Origin: Bradyrhizobium sp.
GTDB taxonomy: Bacteria; Pseudomonadota; Alphaproteobacteria; Rhizobiales; Xanthobacteraceae
Assembly (NCBI GenBank): GCA_035568535.1
Contig: DATMNV010000008.1
Location: 2,316-66,315 of the forward strand
DNA: 64,000 bases
Reading direction: 5' to 3'
The notes under the pieces are model-generated. The model saw only the letters and a list, made by a program, of their open reading frames with translations. It ran no database searches and had not been told where the DNA came from. The position numbers and the translations under genes are program-made. This document shows positions 7,857 to 17,004 of this stretch, piece by piece; the stretch's first letter is position 1; every line of letters begins with the position of its first letter.

Positions 7857-9446
7857 ATGATGGAAATTTCCCACCAGCGGCAATTTCTCCTGGCAACCCT
7901 GCCACCGTCGCGCGGGCAGATTCGGCTGGCGCTCGGAATTGCTGCTGCTCTTCTCGTCCTATTTTTTATCGCGGCACCGTTTGCGAGGATTCAGCTGCAG
8001 CGTGTTGACGGTTTCGTTCCGGCCTACCAAGGCATTTATGCTGTTAATGATCTCGTCACCTCTGCACTGATCTTTGCGCAATTTGCCATTGTGCGTCGGT
8101 GGGCACTTTTCGCGCTTGCAATGGGCTTTTTGTATACTGCGCTGATTGCCATTGCGCATGCGCTCGTCTTTCCGGGAGCGTTCGCGCCGAAGGGGCTCTT
8201 CGGGGCCGGGGTGCAGACCACCGCATGGCTCTATAATTTCTGGAAAGTCGGATTACCGCTGGCCGTCATCGCCTATTCGCTGCTGAAAGACGATGGCAGC
8301 GCGACAAGCGCGTCCAAACGCTCGCCGGGATTTATCATCTTCTCGGGCGTCGCAGTTGTGATCGCAATCGTGTGCGGACTGACCTGGAGTGTGATTGCCG
8401 CGGAACGGTTTTTGCCTGCCCTCCTCAGTAGCGATGCCGTTCAGTATGACCAAGGTACAGTGCGGCTGGCTGCCGTATTGCAGGAGTCATTGTGTATCGG
8501 CGCCCTTTTGCTGTTGTGGTTTCGGCGAAACTGCGTGCTTGATTTATGGCTGCTGGTTCTGTCTTCCACGCTTGTGCTTGAGGTTACGATGAGTAGCCTC
8601 CTTGCCGGTGGCCGTTTCGATGTCGGCTGGTATGCATCCCGGATCTTTGCGTTAGCTGCTTCAATCGTCGTACTGATTGTTCTCCTTTCAGAGACGACCA
8701 CCCTTTATGCAAACCTGGCACGTTCCGTCTTGAGGCAGCGTGCCGTTCGCGAGGCACGGCAGACGGCAATGGATGCAATGGCGGCCTCAATCGCGCACGA
8801 GGTCCATCAACCCCTGGGGTCGATCGTGTTGAATGCCGAGGCGGCCTTGCAGTGCCTGACGAGGGCAAGACCAGACCTCGATGAGGCGCGTGCCGCTCTG
8901 CAGGACGTCATTGACGACGCGCACCGTGCCGGCGAAATAACTTTCGGCATCCGCTCGATGTTCAAGAAGGGCGCCAGCGGGAGACTATTGCTCGATGCTA
9001 ACGACCTCATGCGAGAGGTGCTCGATATGGTTGAGCTTGATTTACGGAAGCACCGGGTATCGGTCACAACTGATCTGCGCACTGGACTCCCACAATTGCT
9101 TGCCGACAGAGGTCAATTGCGGCAAGTGTTTTTAAATTTGATTGTGAATGCCATTGAAGCCATGGAGTCCCTCACGGATCGCGCGCGTAACCTGCGGGTC
9201 AGCTCCGATGTGGTCCGAGAACCTTTCGGGGTTGTGATCGCCGTTGAAGACTCAGGCATAGGGATAAAGGGTGAGGACAAGGATCGTATCTTCGAGCCGT
9301 TCGTTACGACGAAGCCCACCGGAACCGGGATAGGACTTCACATTTCTCGGTCGATCATCGAGTCTCATCGCGGGACCCTTCGGGTATCCGGCAACAAACC
9401 TTATGGGACGATCTTTCACGTCACTTTGCCGAGTAGCGATTTGTGA
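7857..9446 (+). CDS. MASE4-domain membrane sensor histidine kinase
   Basis: About 8 hydrophobic segments with FPGAFAPKGL...TTAWLY (MASE4-like), H-box IAHEVHQPL, N-box NLIVNAIEAM, DSGIG, GTGIGL; start uncertain (7824-7860). Confidence 0.88.
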   Translation: MMEISHQRQFLLATLPPSRGQIRLALGIAAALLVLFFIAAPFARIQLQRVDGFVPAYQGIYAVNDLVTSALIFAQFAIVRRWALFALAMGFLYTALIAIAHALVFPGAFAPKGLFGAGVQTTAWLYNFWKVGLPLAVIAYSLLKDDGSATSASKRSPGFIIFSGVAVVIAIVCGLTWSVIAAERFLPALLSSDAVQYDQGTVRLAAVLQESLCIGALLLLWFRRNCVLDLWLLVLSSTLVLEVTMSSLLAGGRFDVGWYASRIFALAASIVVLIVLLSETTTLYANLARSVLRQRAVREARQTAMDAMAASIAHEVHQPLGSIVLNAEAALQCLTRARPDLDEARAALQDVIDDAHRAGEITFGIRSMFKKGASGRLLLDANDLMREVLDMVELDLRKHRVSVTTDLRTGLPQLLADRGQLRQVFLNLIVNAIEAMESLTDRARNLRVSSDVVREPFGVVIAVEDSGIGIKGEDKDRIFEPFVTTKPTGTGIGLHISRSIIESHRGTLRVSGNKPYGTIFHVTLPSSDL

Positions 9447-9475
9447 AAGCGAAACCGGGGAAGGGCGGGATGGAG

Positions 9476-9533
9476 ACGCTCGGCCTCGCCGTGTCAGACA
9501 AACTTTCTCGCGCACACTGATGAGGTGATTGAA
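9476..9533 (+). pseudogene. Remnant of an ABC substrate-binding protein C-terminus
   Basis: Reads TLGLAVSDKL then, after a one-base shift, LAHTDEVIE; resembles the recalled ...ALGLTVP..LLARADEVIE* tail of the ABC_sub_bind family. Confidence 0.55.
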
Positions 9534-9657
9534 TCAGCGAGCGCGATTTCCGCCTTCGGGCCAAAAGGCGAAACTCCGCGGCGACCAGCGCATGACTGCT
9601 TTAGCCCAAAAAGCGGCCATCTCTCGTTTTGCGAGTACGTGCCCTGGCTCGCAAGCG

Positions 9658-10356
9658 TCAGCTTGCGAGCTTGCGCTCTTTCGCGAACGGACTGAGGCCC
9701 AGCCAGGTCTGCATCGAGGCGGCGAGCGATTTGCTGCCGGTCAAAATCATGCGCTGGCTCGCGGCCGCGGCGCGCACGGTGTCGAGTCCCATCCAGATCG
9801 CAGTCATGCTGCGCAGATCGACGGAGACATAGAGATCGACGTCGAAGCCGGGATCGATCTTGCAGAGATCGGCGCCGGCGTCGGGGTCGACCACCAGCCA
9901 GTAGCGCCGCTGCGCCGGCGGCTGGCCCGGAAAGACGAACTCGATCACGCTGCGGCTTGGCGGCATCGGCGTGGTGTTGAGACTGCGCCGCATGTCCCAC
10001 ATCAGAAGATCGGCATCGAGATGTGTGAGCGACAGATCGGCCTCGATCCGGCGCTGGCCCCAGATGCCGAAGGCTTGCACCAGCGGGCCGAGTTCGCGGC
10101 CGGATTCGGTCAGATGATATTCGAACAGTTTGGCGTCGGCCCCTGACGCGGCGCGCGCGACAATGCCGGCCTCTTCCAATTCCTTCAGCCGCCGCGAGAG
10201 CAGCGCCGGTGACATCCTGGGCACACCGCGGCGCAATTCGTTGAAGCGCGTCGAGCCCGCGAACATCTCGCGCAGCAAAACGACGGCCCAGCGCGTGCAC
10301 AGGATCTCCGCGGCCATCGCGACGGGGCAAAACTGCTGGTAGCTGACGACACTCAT
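9658..10356 (-). CDS. HxlR family winged-helix regulator with SCP2-like C-terminal domain
   Basis: YQQFCPVAMAAEILCTRW...RFNELRRGVPRMSPALLSRRLKELE; AGGAGAG ribosome-binding site. Confidence 0.9.
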   Translation of the reverse strand: MSVVSYQQFCPVAMAAEILCTRWAVVLLREMFAGSTRFNELRRGVPRMSPALLSRRLKELEEAGIVARAASGADAKLFEYHLTESGRELGPLVQAFGIWGQRRIEADLSLTHLDADLLMWDMRRSLNTTPMPPSRSVIEFVFPGQPPAQRRYWLVVDPDAGADLCKIDPGFDVDLYVSVDLRSMTAIWMGLDTVRAAAASQRMILTGSKSLAASMQTWLGLSPFAKERKLAS

Positions 10357-10404
10357 GTTCCTCTCCTGATCGGGCGAATGAGCTAAGGCGGGCCCGGGTC
10401 GCTT

Positions 10405-10450
10405 TCCAGTTCAGATTCTGTATCGGGCGGGATTCACTTCCTGAACTGGA
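10405..10450. promoter_or_regulatory. Candidate autoregulatory operator of the HxlR gene
   Basis: Perfect 10-bp inverted repeat tccagttcag / ctgaactgga about 50-95 nt upstream of the start. Confidence 0.6.
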
Positions 10451-10573
10451 GGCGAGCCGCCCAGTTGCCCTATTTCACGAACAACGAACGCGCGGGCCTT
10501 TGAGCCCGGCTTGCGGTGAGATCGCCGCCATACAAGGCGGCGTTCCGCGCTTTTTTCGACAAGGATCATTTCG

Positions 10574-10771
10574 ATGAATTTGGACGCACGGCATTTGGCA
10601 TGGCTGATACAGATCGCGACGCTCGGCATTGTCATCTTAATGGGTCTCTGGCTGTCACCTGCGGTCGCGGCGACGCTGTCGCCAGGCTATCCAGTTGACG
10701 CCATTTTGTTGGCGATGCGCGCGATGCTCACCCGGACGCGCCGGGCCCCGGTCGCCTGCCACAGAGGTTAA
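10574..10771 (+). CDS. Possible small membrane or secreted protein
   Basis: AAGGA upstream, one hydrophobic helix followed by AVAA; family not recognised. Confidence 0.35.
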   Translation: MNLDARHLAWLIQIATLGIVILMGLWLSPAVAATLSPGYPVDAILLAMRAMLTRTRRAPVACHRG

Positions 10772-10973
10772 CGCTTGATAACACTTCTGTACTTGCACGG
10801 ACTTTGAAATTATGGCGATCGTGTCATGGTTGATTATCGTTGCCGGCATCTGATTCGACTTCGGAACGGGCCCGGAACGTCCTGAGCAAGAATTGCTCCG
10901 CGTCGCGCATGCGATGCACTCAGTTCGGCGTATCCGAGACAGCTCCGTCAAATCATCCGAAGGACGCTTGCAA

Positions 10974-11768
10974 ATGCAGACCATCGTGTTGGCCACCCAA
11001 AAAGGCGGCAGCGGCAAGAGCACGCTTGCCATCGGGCTGGCGCTCGCCGCCAAGCAGGCCGGGCACACCGTGCGCCTGATCGAGACCGACCAGCAGGGTA
11101 CCCTGTCGAACTGGCAGCGCCGCCGCGGCTCCTCCGAGCCGCTGGTCGAGGCCGTCCACAACGCCCGTGAGATCGAATCCCGCCTGCAGTCGCTCGCGCG
11201 CGACGGCGTAACGCTGGCGATCATCGACACCGCCGGCGGCATCACGGCCGCGACCACGGAAGCGGTGCGCTATTGCGATTTCTGCATGATCCCGGCGCGT
11301 CCCTCGATCGTCGACATCGAAGCCAGCGCCGCGACGATCGAGCTCGTGCGCGCCTGGCGGAAGCCGTTTGCCTTCATCCTCAATCAGACGCCAATCCGCA
11401 GCCACCGAATCAACTGTGCCGCCGACGCGATCGGCGAGGCGGCGGCGCGCGACCTGGACGATGTCCTCGCTCGCCCCTTCATCGTGATGCGCAACGACCA
11501 CCAGGACGCACTTGCCGCCGGCCTTGCCGTCAGCGAGCTCTCGCCGTTCGGCAAATCGGCTGACGAGATCCGCGATCTCTGGCGGTGGGTCGACGCGCGT
11601 ATCAATGGCCGTGTCGCGGCCAGCGAGGAAATCAGCAATGAGGTTTCGGACATCGAGTTTCCGATCATCCTCTCGCCCAAACGCATCAGGGCCACCGCCG
11701 TGGCGAAAACGGTACCGCAGCCCCGGCGCGAGCCAGGCGACGACATCACCTGGGACGCGGGCCTGTAA
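10974..11768 (+). CDS. ParA family ATPase (orphan)
   Basis: Deviant Walker A QKGGSGKST, IETDQQG, IIDTAG; start at MQTIVLA. Confidence 0.88.
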   Translation: MQTIVLATQKGGSGKSTLAIGLALAAKQAGHTVRLIETDQQGTLSNWQRRRGSSEPLVEAVHNAREIESRLQSLARDGVTLAIIDTAGGITAATTEAVRYCDFCMIPARPSIVDIEASAATIELVRAWRKPFAFILNQTPIRSHRINCAADAIGEAAARDLDDVLARPFIVMRNDHQDALAAGLAVSELSPFGKSADEIRDLWRWVDARINGRVAASEEISNEVSDIEFPIILSPKRIRATAVAKTVPQPRREPGDDITWDAGL

Positions 11769-11780
11769 CGGCGCGTATCC

Positions 11781-12659
11781 TCACTTCTGGCACTTCGGAC
11801 ACCAGAAGGTGGAACGTCCGTTCTGGGTGAAGCGGCGGATCACGCCGCCGCAGCCTTTTCCGCAGGGCTCGCCTTCGCGGTCATAGACCTGGAAGGAATG
11901 CTGGAAATAGCCAAGCTCGCCCGAGGTCTGGCGGTGGTCGCGCAGCGACGAGCCGCCGGCCTTGATGGCCTGGTTCAACACCTCGTGAATCGCGTCGACC
12001 AGCCGCTTGGCATGGTCGGTCGGCTCGGCTTTCTTGTTGGCAAGCGTGGAAGCCTGCCGCTTCGGCGACAAACGCGCGCGATAGAGCGCCTCGCAGACAT
12101 AGATGTTGCCAAGCCCCGCCACCACGCGCTGGTCGAGCAGCGCCGCCTTCAGCGTGGTCGACTTGCCGGCACAGGCGCGCGCCAGCATGGCGGCATCGAA
12201 TTCATTGCCGAGCGGTTCGGGGCCCAGGCCCTTGAGTAGTGGTTCGGCATCGAGCGCATTGCGCGCGATGATCTTCATATAGCCGAAGCGGCGCGGATCG
12301 TTGAAGACGATGTCGGCGCCGGAGGACATGCGAAACATCACATGGTCGTGCGCGGCATCCTTGCCGCGCGGATGGTGGAACTCGCCGGGCGTGCTGCCAT
12401 CGTCCTTCATCTCGACGCGAAACGAGCCTGACATCCCCAGATGCATGAGCAGCACGTCGCCGGAGCCGAGGTCGGCCATCAGATATTTGGCGCGGCGGCC
12501 GAGCCCGGTGACGGTCTGGCCGGTCAGCCGCGCGACAAAATCCTTCTGGAAGGGAAACCGCAGGTCCTTGCGGCGGGCCTCGGCGTGCAGAATTTTTGCA
12601 CCCTCCATGACCGGCTGCAGGCCGCGGCGGACGGTCTCGACCTCGGGCAGTTCAGGCAT
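11781..12659 (-). CDS. mutM: Formamidopyrimidine-DNA glycosylase
   Basis: [26 protein letters not shown]-terminal zinc finger. Confidence 0.98.
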   Translation of the reverse strand: MPELPEVETVRRGLQPVMEGAKILHAEARRKDLRFPFQKDFVARLTGQTVTGLGRRAKYLMADLGSGDVLLMHLGMSGSFRVEMKDDGSTPGEFHHPRGKDAAHDHVMFRMSSGADIVFNDPRRFGYMKIIARNALDAEPLLKGLGPEPLGNEFDAAMLARACAGKSTTLKAALLDQRVVAGLGNIYVCEALYRARLSPKRQASTLANKKAEPTDHAKRLVDAIHEVLNQAIKAGGSSLRDHRQTSGELGYFQHSFQVYDREGEPCGKGCGGVIRRFTQNGRSTFWCPKCQK

Positions 12660-12757
12660 GGAAAACCATCACCTTCAAGTCATTCACCTTATGAATGTGA
12701 CGTGATAGCTCCATTGCGCCGGGCGCGCTATGGTCCGGGTGACGGAGTTGTCGAGTT

Positions 12758-13519
12758 ATGAACCGGCCGGACGAAACCACCCATTTCGGCTTCCGCGATG
12801 TGCCGCTGGAGGACAAGCAGACGCTGGTGAACGACGTGTTTCACAGCGTGTCACAGCGCTACGACCTGATGAACGATTTGATGTCGGCGGGCCTGCACCG
12901 GGTCTGGAAGGACATCATGATCAACACGCTCAACCCGCCGAAGAACGACAAGCCTTACGCACTGCTCGACGTCGCCGGCGGCACCGGCGATATCGCCTTC
13001 CGCGCCGCGCAGGCTTCCGGCGCAGGCTTCCGCGCCACCGTCTGCGACATCAATGCCGACATGCTTGCGGTGGGCCGCGACCGCGCCGCCAGGCGTCAGC
13101 TCGACGACCGCGTCTCGTTTGTCGAGGGCAATGCCGAGGCGCTCGCCTTTCCCGACCGCAGCTTCGATGGCTACACCATCGCATTCGGCATCCGTAACGT
13201 GCCGCGGATCGATCTGGCGCTGCGCGAGGCATTCCGCGTGCTCCGGCCCGGCGGGCGCTTGCTCTGCCTGGAATTTTCCTCCGTCGACGTGCCCGGCCTC
13301 GACCGGCTCTATGATCTCTTCTCCTTCAGGGTGATCCCCGAGCTCGGCCGCGTCGTGACCGGCGACGCCGAGTCCTATCGCTATCTCGTCGAATCCATCC
13401 GCAAGTTTCCGAAACCGGCGGCTTTCGCGGACATGATCCGCGCCGCGGGCTTCTCCCGTGTCAACTGGCAGACGCTTTCCGGCGGCATCGTGGCCTTGCA
13501 TTCGGGCTGGCGTTTGTGA
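12758..13519 (+). CDS. ubiE: Ubiquinone/menaquinone C-methyltransferase
   Basis: [38 protein letters not shown]. Confidence 0.97.
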   Translation: MNRPDETTHFGFRDVPLEDKQTLVNDVFHSVSQRYDLMNDLMSAGLHRVWKDIMINTLNPPKNDKPYALLDVAGGTGDIAFRAAQASGAGFRATVCDINADMLAVGRDRAARRQLDDRVSFVEGNAEALAFPDRSFDGYTIAFGIRNVPRIDLALREAFRVLRPGGRLLCLEFSSVDVPGLDRLYDLFSFRVIPELGRVVTGDAESYRYLVESIRKFPKPAAFADMIRAAGFSRVNWQTLSGGIVALHSGWRL

Positions 13520-15090
13520 TCTCGGCTTTCACCCACATCATGCGGCTTGCACGCGCCGGCTTCGTGTTCGCGCGCGAAGGCGTCTTTGGCGCCGTCGATC
13601 CCTCGCTGGTGCCACCGCCCGGACAGCTCGCGCTGAAGCTCGCGCGGCTGGTCGAGCGCCGCGGCGCCAAGTCCGGACCGCGCCTGTCGCGCGCGCTGGA
13701 GCGGATGGGTCCGGCCTATCTGAAACTCGGGCAATTTCTGGCGACCCGTCCCGACGTCGTCGGCGTAGGGATGGCGCGCGACCTCGAAGCGCTGCAGGAC
13801 CGCTTGCCGCCGTTCTCGCAAGCCGAGGCGGAGGCGGCGATATCGACCTCGCTGGAACGCCCGGTATCGCAGGCCTTTGCCAATCTTGGCCCGCCGGTCG
13901 CTGCCGCCTCGATCGCGCAGGTGCATCGCGGGGAGGTGCTGCGCGACGGCGTGCGCCATCCGGTCGCGGTGAAGGTGCTGCGGCCCAACGTGGCGTCGCG
14001 CTTCCGCCGCGACCTCTCCGATTTCTTCTTTGTCGCCCACAAGGCCGAAGCCTATTCGGCCGAAGCGCGGCGGCTGCGGCTGGTCGAAGTCATCAACACC
14101 ATGCAGCGTTCGGTCGCAATGGAGATGGATCTGCGGCTGGAGGCTGCTGCGCTCTCCGAGATGGCGGAGAACACGCGCGACGATCCGGATTTCCATGTGC
14201 CCATGGTCGACTGGGATCGCACCACCCACAATGTGCTGACCATGGAGTGGATCGACGGCATTGCGCTAAGCGATCACGCCCGTCTCGAGCAGGCGCAGGT
14301 CGACCTGGCCGATCTCGGCCGCAAGGTGATCCAGAGTTTCCTGCGTCACGCGCTGCGCGACGGCTTCTTTCATGCCGACATGCATCCGGGCAATCTGTTC
14401 CTCGACAAGGAAGGCCGGCTCGTTGCGGTTGATTTCGGCATCATGGGCCGCCTCGGGCCGAAGGAGCGGCGCTTCCTCGCCGAGATTTTGCTCGGCTTCA
14501 TCACCCGTGACTATCGCCGCGTCGCCGAGGTGCATTTCGAGGCCGGCTATGTGCCCTCGCATCATTCGGTCGAGAATTTCGCGCAAGCGATCCGCGCCAT
14601 CGGCGAGCCGATCCATAACCGGACCGCCGAAGAGATTTCGATGGCGCGGCTGTTGACCCTGCTGCTGGAGGTTACCGGCCTGTTCGACATGCGCACCCGG
14701 CCCGAGTTGATCCTGCTGCAGAAGACCATGGTAGTGGTCGAGGGCGTGGCGCGCGGCTTCGATCCCAAGCTCGACATCTGGCGGATCGCCGATCCCGTGG
14801 TGCGCGAATGGATCGAGCGCAATCTCGGCCCCCTCGGCCGTATCCAGGGCGCGATGTCCGGCGCCGGCGAGCTGGGCCACCTGCTTACCAAGCTGCCGGA
14901 GATCGCGAGCCGCGCGGTGACCGTGCTGGAGCAGCTGGAGGTCATGACCGCGGAGGGCCTCAGGCTGTCGCCGGACACCATCGCCGCCATGGGCCGCTCC
15001 GAGGGCAGGAAAAGCCGCTGGCGCACCATCGCGCTCTGGATCATCGCCGCGACCTTTATCGGGATCTTGTTTGCCATCCGGCAATTGTGA
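13516..15090 (+). CDS. ubiB: Ubiquinone biosynthesis kinase-like protein
   Basis: [36 protein letters not shown]; GTGA overlap with ubiE. Confidence 0.96.
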   Translation: MISAFTHIMRLARAGFVFAREGVFGAVDPSLVPPPGQLALKLARLVERRGAKSGPRLSRALERMGPAYLKLGQFLATRPDVVGVGMARDLEALQDRLPPFSQAEAEAAISTSLERPVSQAFANLGPPVAAASIAQVHRGEVLRDGVRHPVAVKVLRPNVASRFRRDLSDFFFVAHKAEAYSAEARRLRLVEVINTMQRSVAMEMDLRLEAAALSEMAENTRDDPDFHVPMVDWDRTTHNVLTMEWIDGIALSDHARLEQAQVDLADLGRKVIQSFLRHALRDGFFHADMHPGNLFLDKEGRLVAVDFGIMGRLGPKERRFLAEILLGFITRDYRRVAEVHFEAGYVPSHHSVENFAQAIRAIGEPIHNRTAEEISMARLLTLLLEVTGLFDMRTRPELILLQKTMVVVEGVARGFDPKLDIWRIADPVVREWIERNLGPLGRIQGAMSGAGELGHLLTKLPEIASRAVTVLEQLEVMTAEGLRLSPDTIAAMGRSEGRKSRWRTIALWIIAATFIGILFAIRQL

Positions 15091-15127
15091 TTGCATTGCA
15101 TTCATGCTGGCGCTAGCATTGCTAGCA
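15088..15127. promoter_or_regulatory. Candidate RHH operator boxes upstream of coaBC
   Basis: TGATTGCA (15088-15095), CGCTAGCA (15111-15118), TGCTAGCA (15120-15127) within a 57-nt gap. Confidence 0.45.
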
Positions 15128-15147
15128 TAGCTGCAGGGATGCCCGCC

Positions 15148-16560
15148 ATGGCCAGCCTGACCATCCGAAAACTCGACGAGGCCGTCAAAACCTATCTCCG
15201 CCTGCGCTCGGCCGGCAACGGCCGCTCGGTCGAGGAGGAGGTCCGCGTGATCCTGGGCGAACTGGTCCAGGGCCGGACCGAGGCGGCCGCGCTCGCGCCC
15301 GAACTGTCTCCCGCCCGATCGCCGCGGCCCCGCAGCGCGTCCAGTGATGCCCGCGTCACCCTCATCATCGGCGGCGGCATCGCAGCCTACAAGGCGCTGG
15401 ACCTGATCCGGCGGCTGAAGGAGCGCCACATCCGCGTCCGCTGCGTGCTTACCAAGGCCGCGACGCAATTCGTCACGCCGCTCGCGGCGAGCGCGCTGTC
15501 GGGCGAGCGCGCCTACACCGACCTGTTCGATCCCGAGAGCGAATTCGACGCCGGGCATATTCGCCTGGCCCGCGACTGCGACCTGATCGTGGTGGCGCCC
15601 GCGACCGCGGATTTGATGTCGAAGATGGCGCATGGCGCCGCCGACGATCTCGCCTCCGCGATTTTGCTTGCAGCGAGCCGGCCGATCCTGCTTGCACCCG
15701 CGATGAACCCTGTGATGTGGAGCAATGCCGCGACCCGCCGCAATGCCGCGCAGCTCGCGCGTGACGGCATCGCCATGGTCGGCCCCAATGCGGGCGAGAT
15801 GGCGGAGTCGGGCGAAGCCGGCGTCGGCCGCATGGCGGAGCCGATCGAAATCGCCGACGCCGCCGAGCGCTTCCTGCGGCCGGTGCTGCCACGCCCGCTC
15901 GCGGGCAAGCGCGTGCTGATCACCGCGGGCCCCACGCATGAGCCGATCGATCCCGTGCGCTACATCGCCAACCGCTCCTCCGGCAAGCAAGGTTACGCCA
16001 TCGCCGCTGCGGCGCAGGCCGCCGGCGCCGACGTGACGCTGATCTCGGGCCCGGTCGAGCTCGACGATCCCAACGGCGTCCATGTCGTGCGGGTGGAATC
16101 CGCGCGCGACATGTTGGGCCGGGTGGAGGCAGCACTACCGGTGGATATTGCGATCTTCGCCGCCGCTGTGGCGGACTGGCGCGTCGCCAACGAGGGCGGG
16201 CAGAAGCTGAAAAAGACCGACGCGGCGATGCCGCCGCTGGCGCTGGTCGAAAACCCCGACATTCTTGCCACCATCTCGCATTTGAAAGAGCGCCGGCCGC
16301 CGCTCGTCATCGGCTTCGCCGCCGAGACCGAGCATCTGATCGACAATGCGAAAGCAAAACTCGCGCGCAAGGGCTGCGACTGGATCGTCGCCAACGACGT
16401 CTCGCCCGCGCTAGGGGTGATGGGCGGCGATCGCAACACCGTGCATCTGCTCACCCGTCACGGCACGGAGATCGACGTCGATTCCTGGCCGGTCATGACC
16501 AAGGAGCAGGTCGCGGTGGAGCTGATCGCGCATGTCGCGAAGAGTTTTGCGGGAGCGTGA
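15148..16560 (+). CDS. coaBC: Bifunctional CoaBC with N-terminal FitA-like ribbon-helix-helix domain
   Basis: MASLTIRKLDEAVKTYLRLRSAGNGRSVEEEVRVIL, then GGIAAYK, PAMN, TAGPTHEPIDPVRYIANRSSGKQG, GFAAET. Confidence 0.96.
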   Translation: MASLTIRKLDEAVKTYLRLRSAGNGRSVEEEVRVILGELVQGRTEAAALAPELSPARSPRPRSASSDARVTLIIGGGIAAYKALDLIRRLKERHIRVRCVLTKAATQFVTPLAASALSGERAYTDLFDPESEFDAGHIRLARDCDLIVVAPATADLMSKMAHGAADDLASAILLAASRPILLAPAMNPVMWSNAATRRNAAQLARDGIAMVGPNAGEMAESGEAGVGRMAEPIEIADAAERFLRPVLPRPLAGKRVLITAGPTHEPIDPVRYIANRSSGKQGYAIAAAAQAAGADVTLISGPVELDDPNGVHVVRVESARDMLGRVEAALPVDIAIFAAAVADWRVANEGGQKLKKTDAAMPPLALVENPDILATISHLKERRPPLVIGFAAETEHLIDNAKAKLARKGCDWIVANDVSPALGVMGGDRNTVHLLTRHGTEIDVDSWPVMTKEQVAVELIAHVAKSFAGA

Positions 16561-16580
16561 TTGCGATTCGCCATTTGACG

Positions 16581-16685
16581 ATGCGGGTGTTCTATGATGT
16601 TTCTGGCGCAATCGTCGAGATTTTGGCGATCGTTTCCAAATCGGAGGCCGACGCATGGCTCGCACAGTTCGGGGATCCCGAATGA
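16581..16685 (+). pseudogene. 5'-truncated RelE/ParE-like toxin remnant
   Basis: RVFYDVSGAIVEILAIVSKSEADAWLAQFGDPE*; stop overlaps the antitoxin start (ATGA); N-terminal part missing. Confidence 0.65.
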
Positions 16686-16930
16686 AGGAAGTTCCTCTAT
16701 CCGAAATCAAGGATGATCTATCTCGATTTCTTCGCGAGGCAGAAACGCAGGAGATTGTGATCACGCGCCACGGCAAGCCGGCGGGTGTGCCGATCGGCTT
16801 CGAGTCGGAGGACGACTGGTTCGAGTATCGTCTCGAGCACGATCCGCGCTTCTTGCGGCGCATTGAGCAGGCGCGGAGCAACTTACGTGCGGGACACGGC
16901 GTTCGCCTCGAAGACATCGAATCGGAATAG
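16682..16930 (+). CDS. Phd/YefM family antitoxin
   Basis: MKEVPLSEIKDDLSRFLREAETQEIVITRHGKPAGV. Confidence 0.88.
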   Translation: MKEVPLSEIKDDLSRFLREAETQEIVITRHGKPAGVPIGFESEDDWFEYRLEHDPRFLRRIEQARSNLRAGHGVRLEDIESE

Positions 16931-17004
16931 GGTTCCATGCGACATGCATGTCGTCGGGGCTTGATGGCGCCGGGTGACGCCGGAACAGCCGCTCGAGCGC
17001 TTCC

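Larger units (their letters stand above)
7638..9643. mobile_element. Putative non-autonomous insert carrying a sensor kinase
   Basis: CTGG direct repeat at 7634-7637 and 9644-9647; imperfect inverted ends GGCGCGAACCC / GAGTACGTGCC; AT-richer cargo; no transposase. Confidence 0.55.

Noticed and set aside
10766-10785. Possible CtrA box (ttaa-cgcttga-taac) upstream of the ParA-like gene, and a similar one before pilZ
   Set aside because: The second half-sites match TTAA poorly; not distinguishable from chance by eye.
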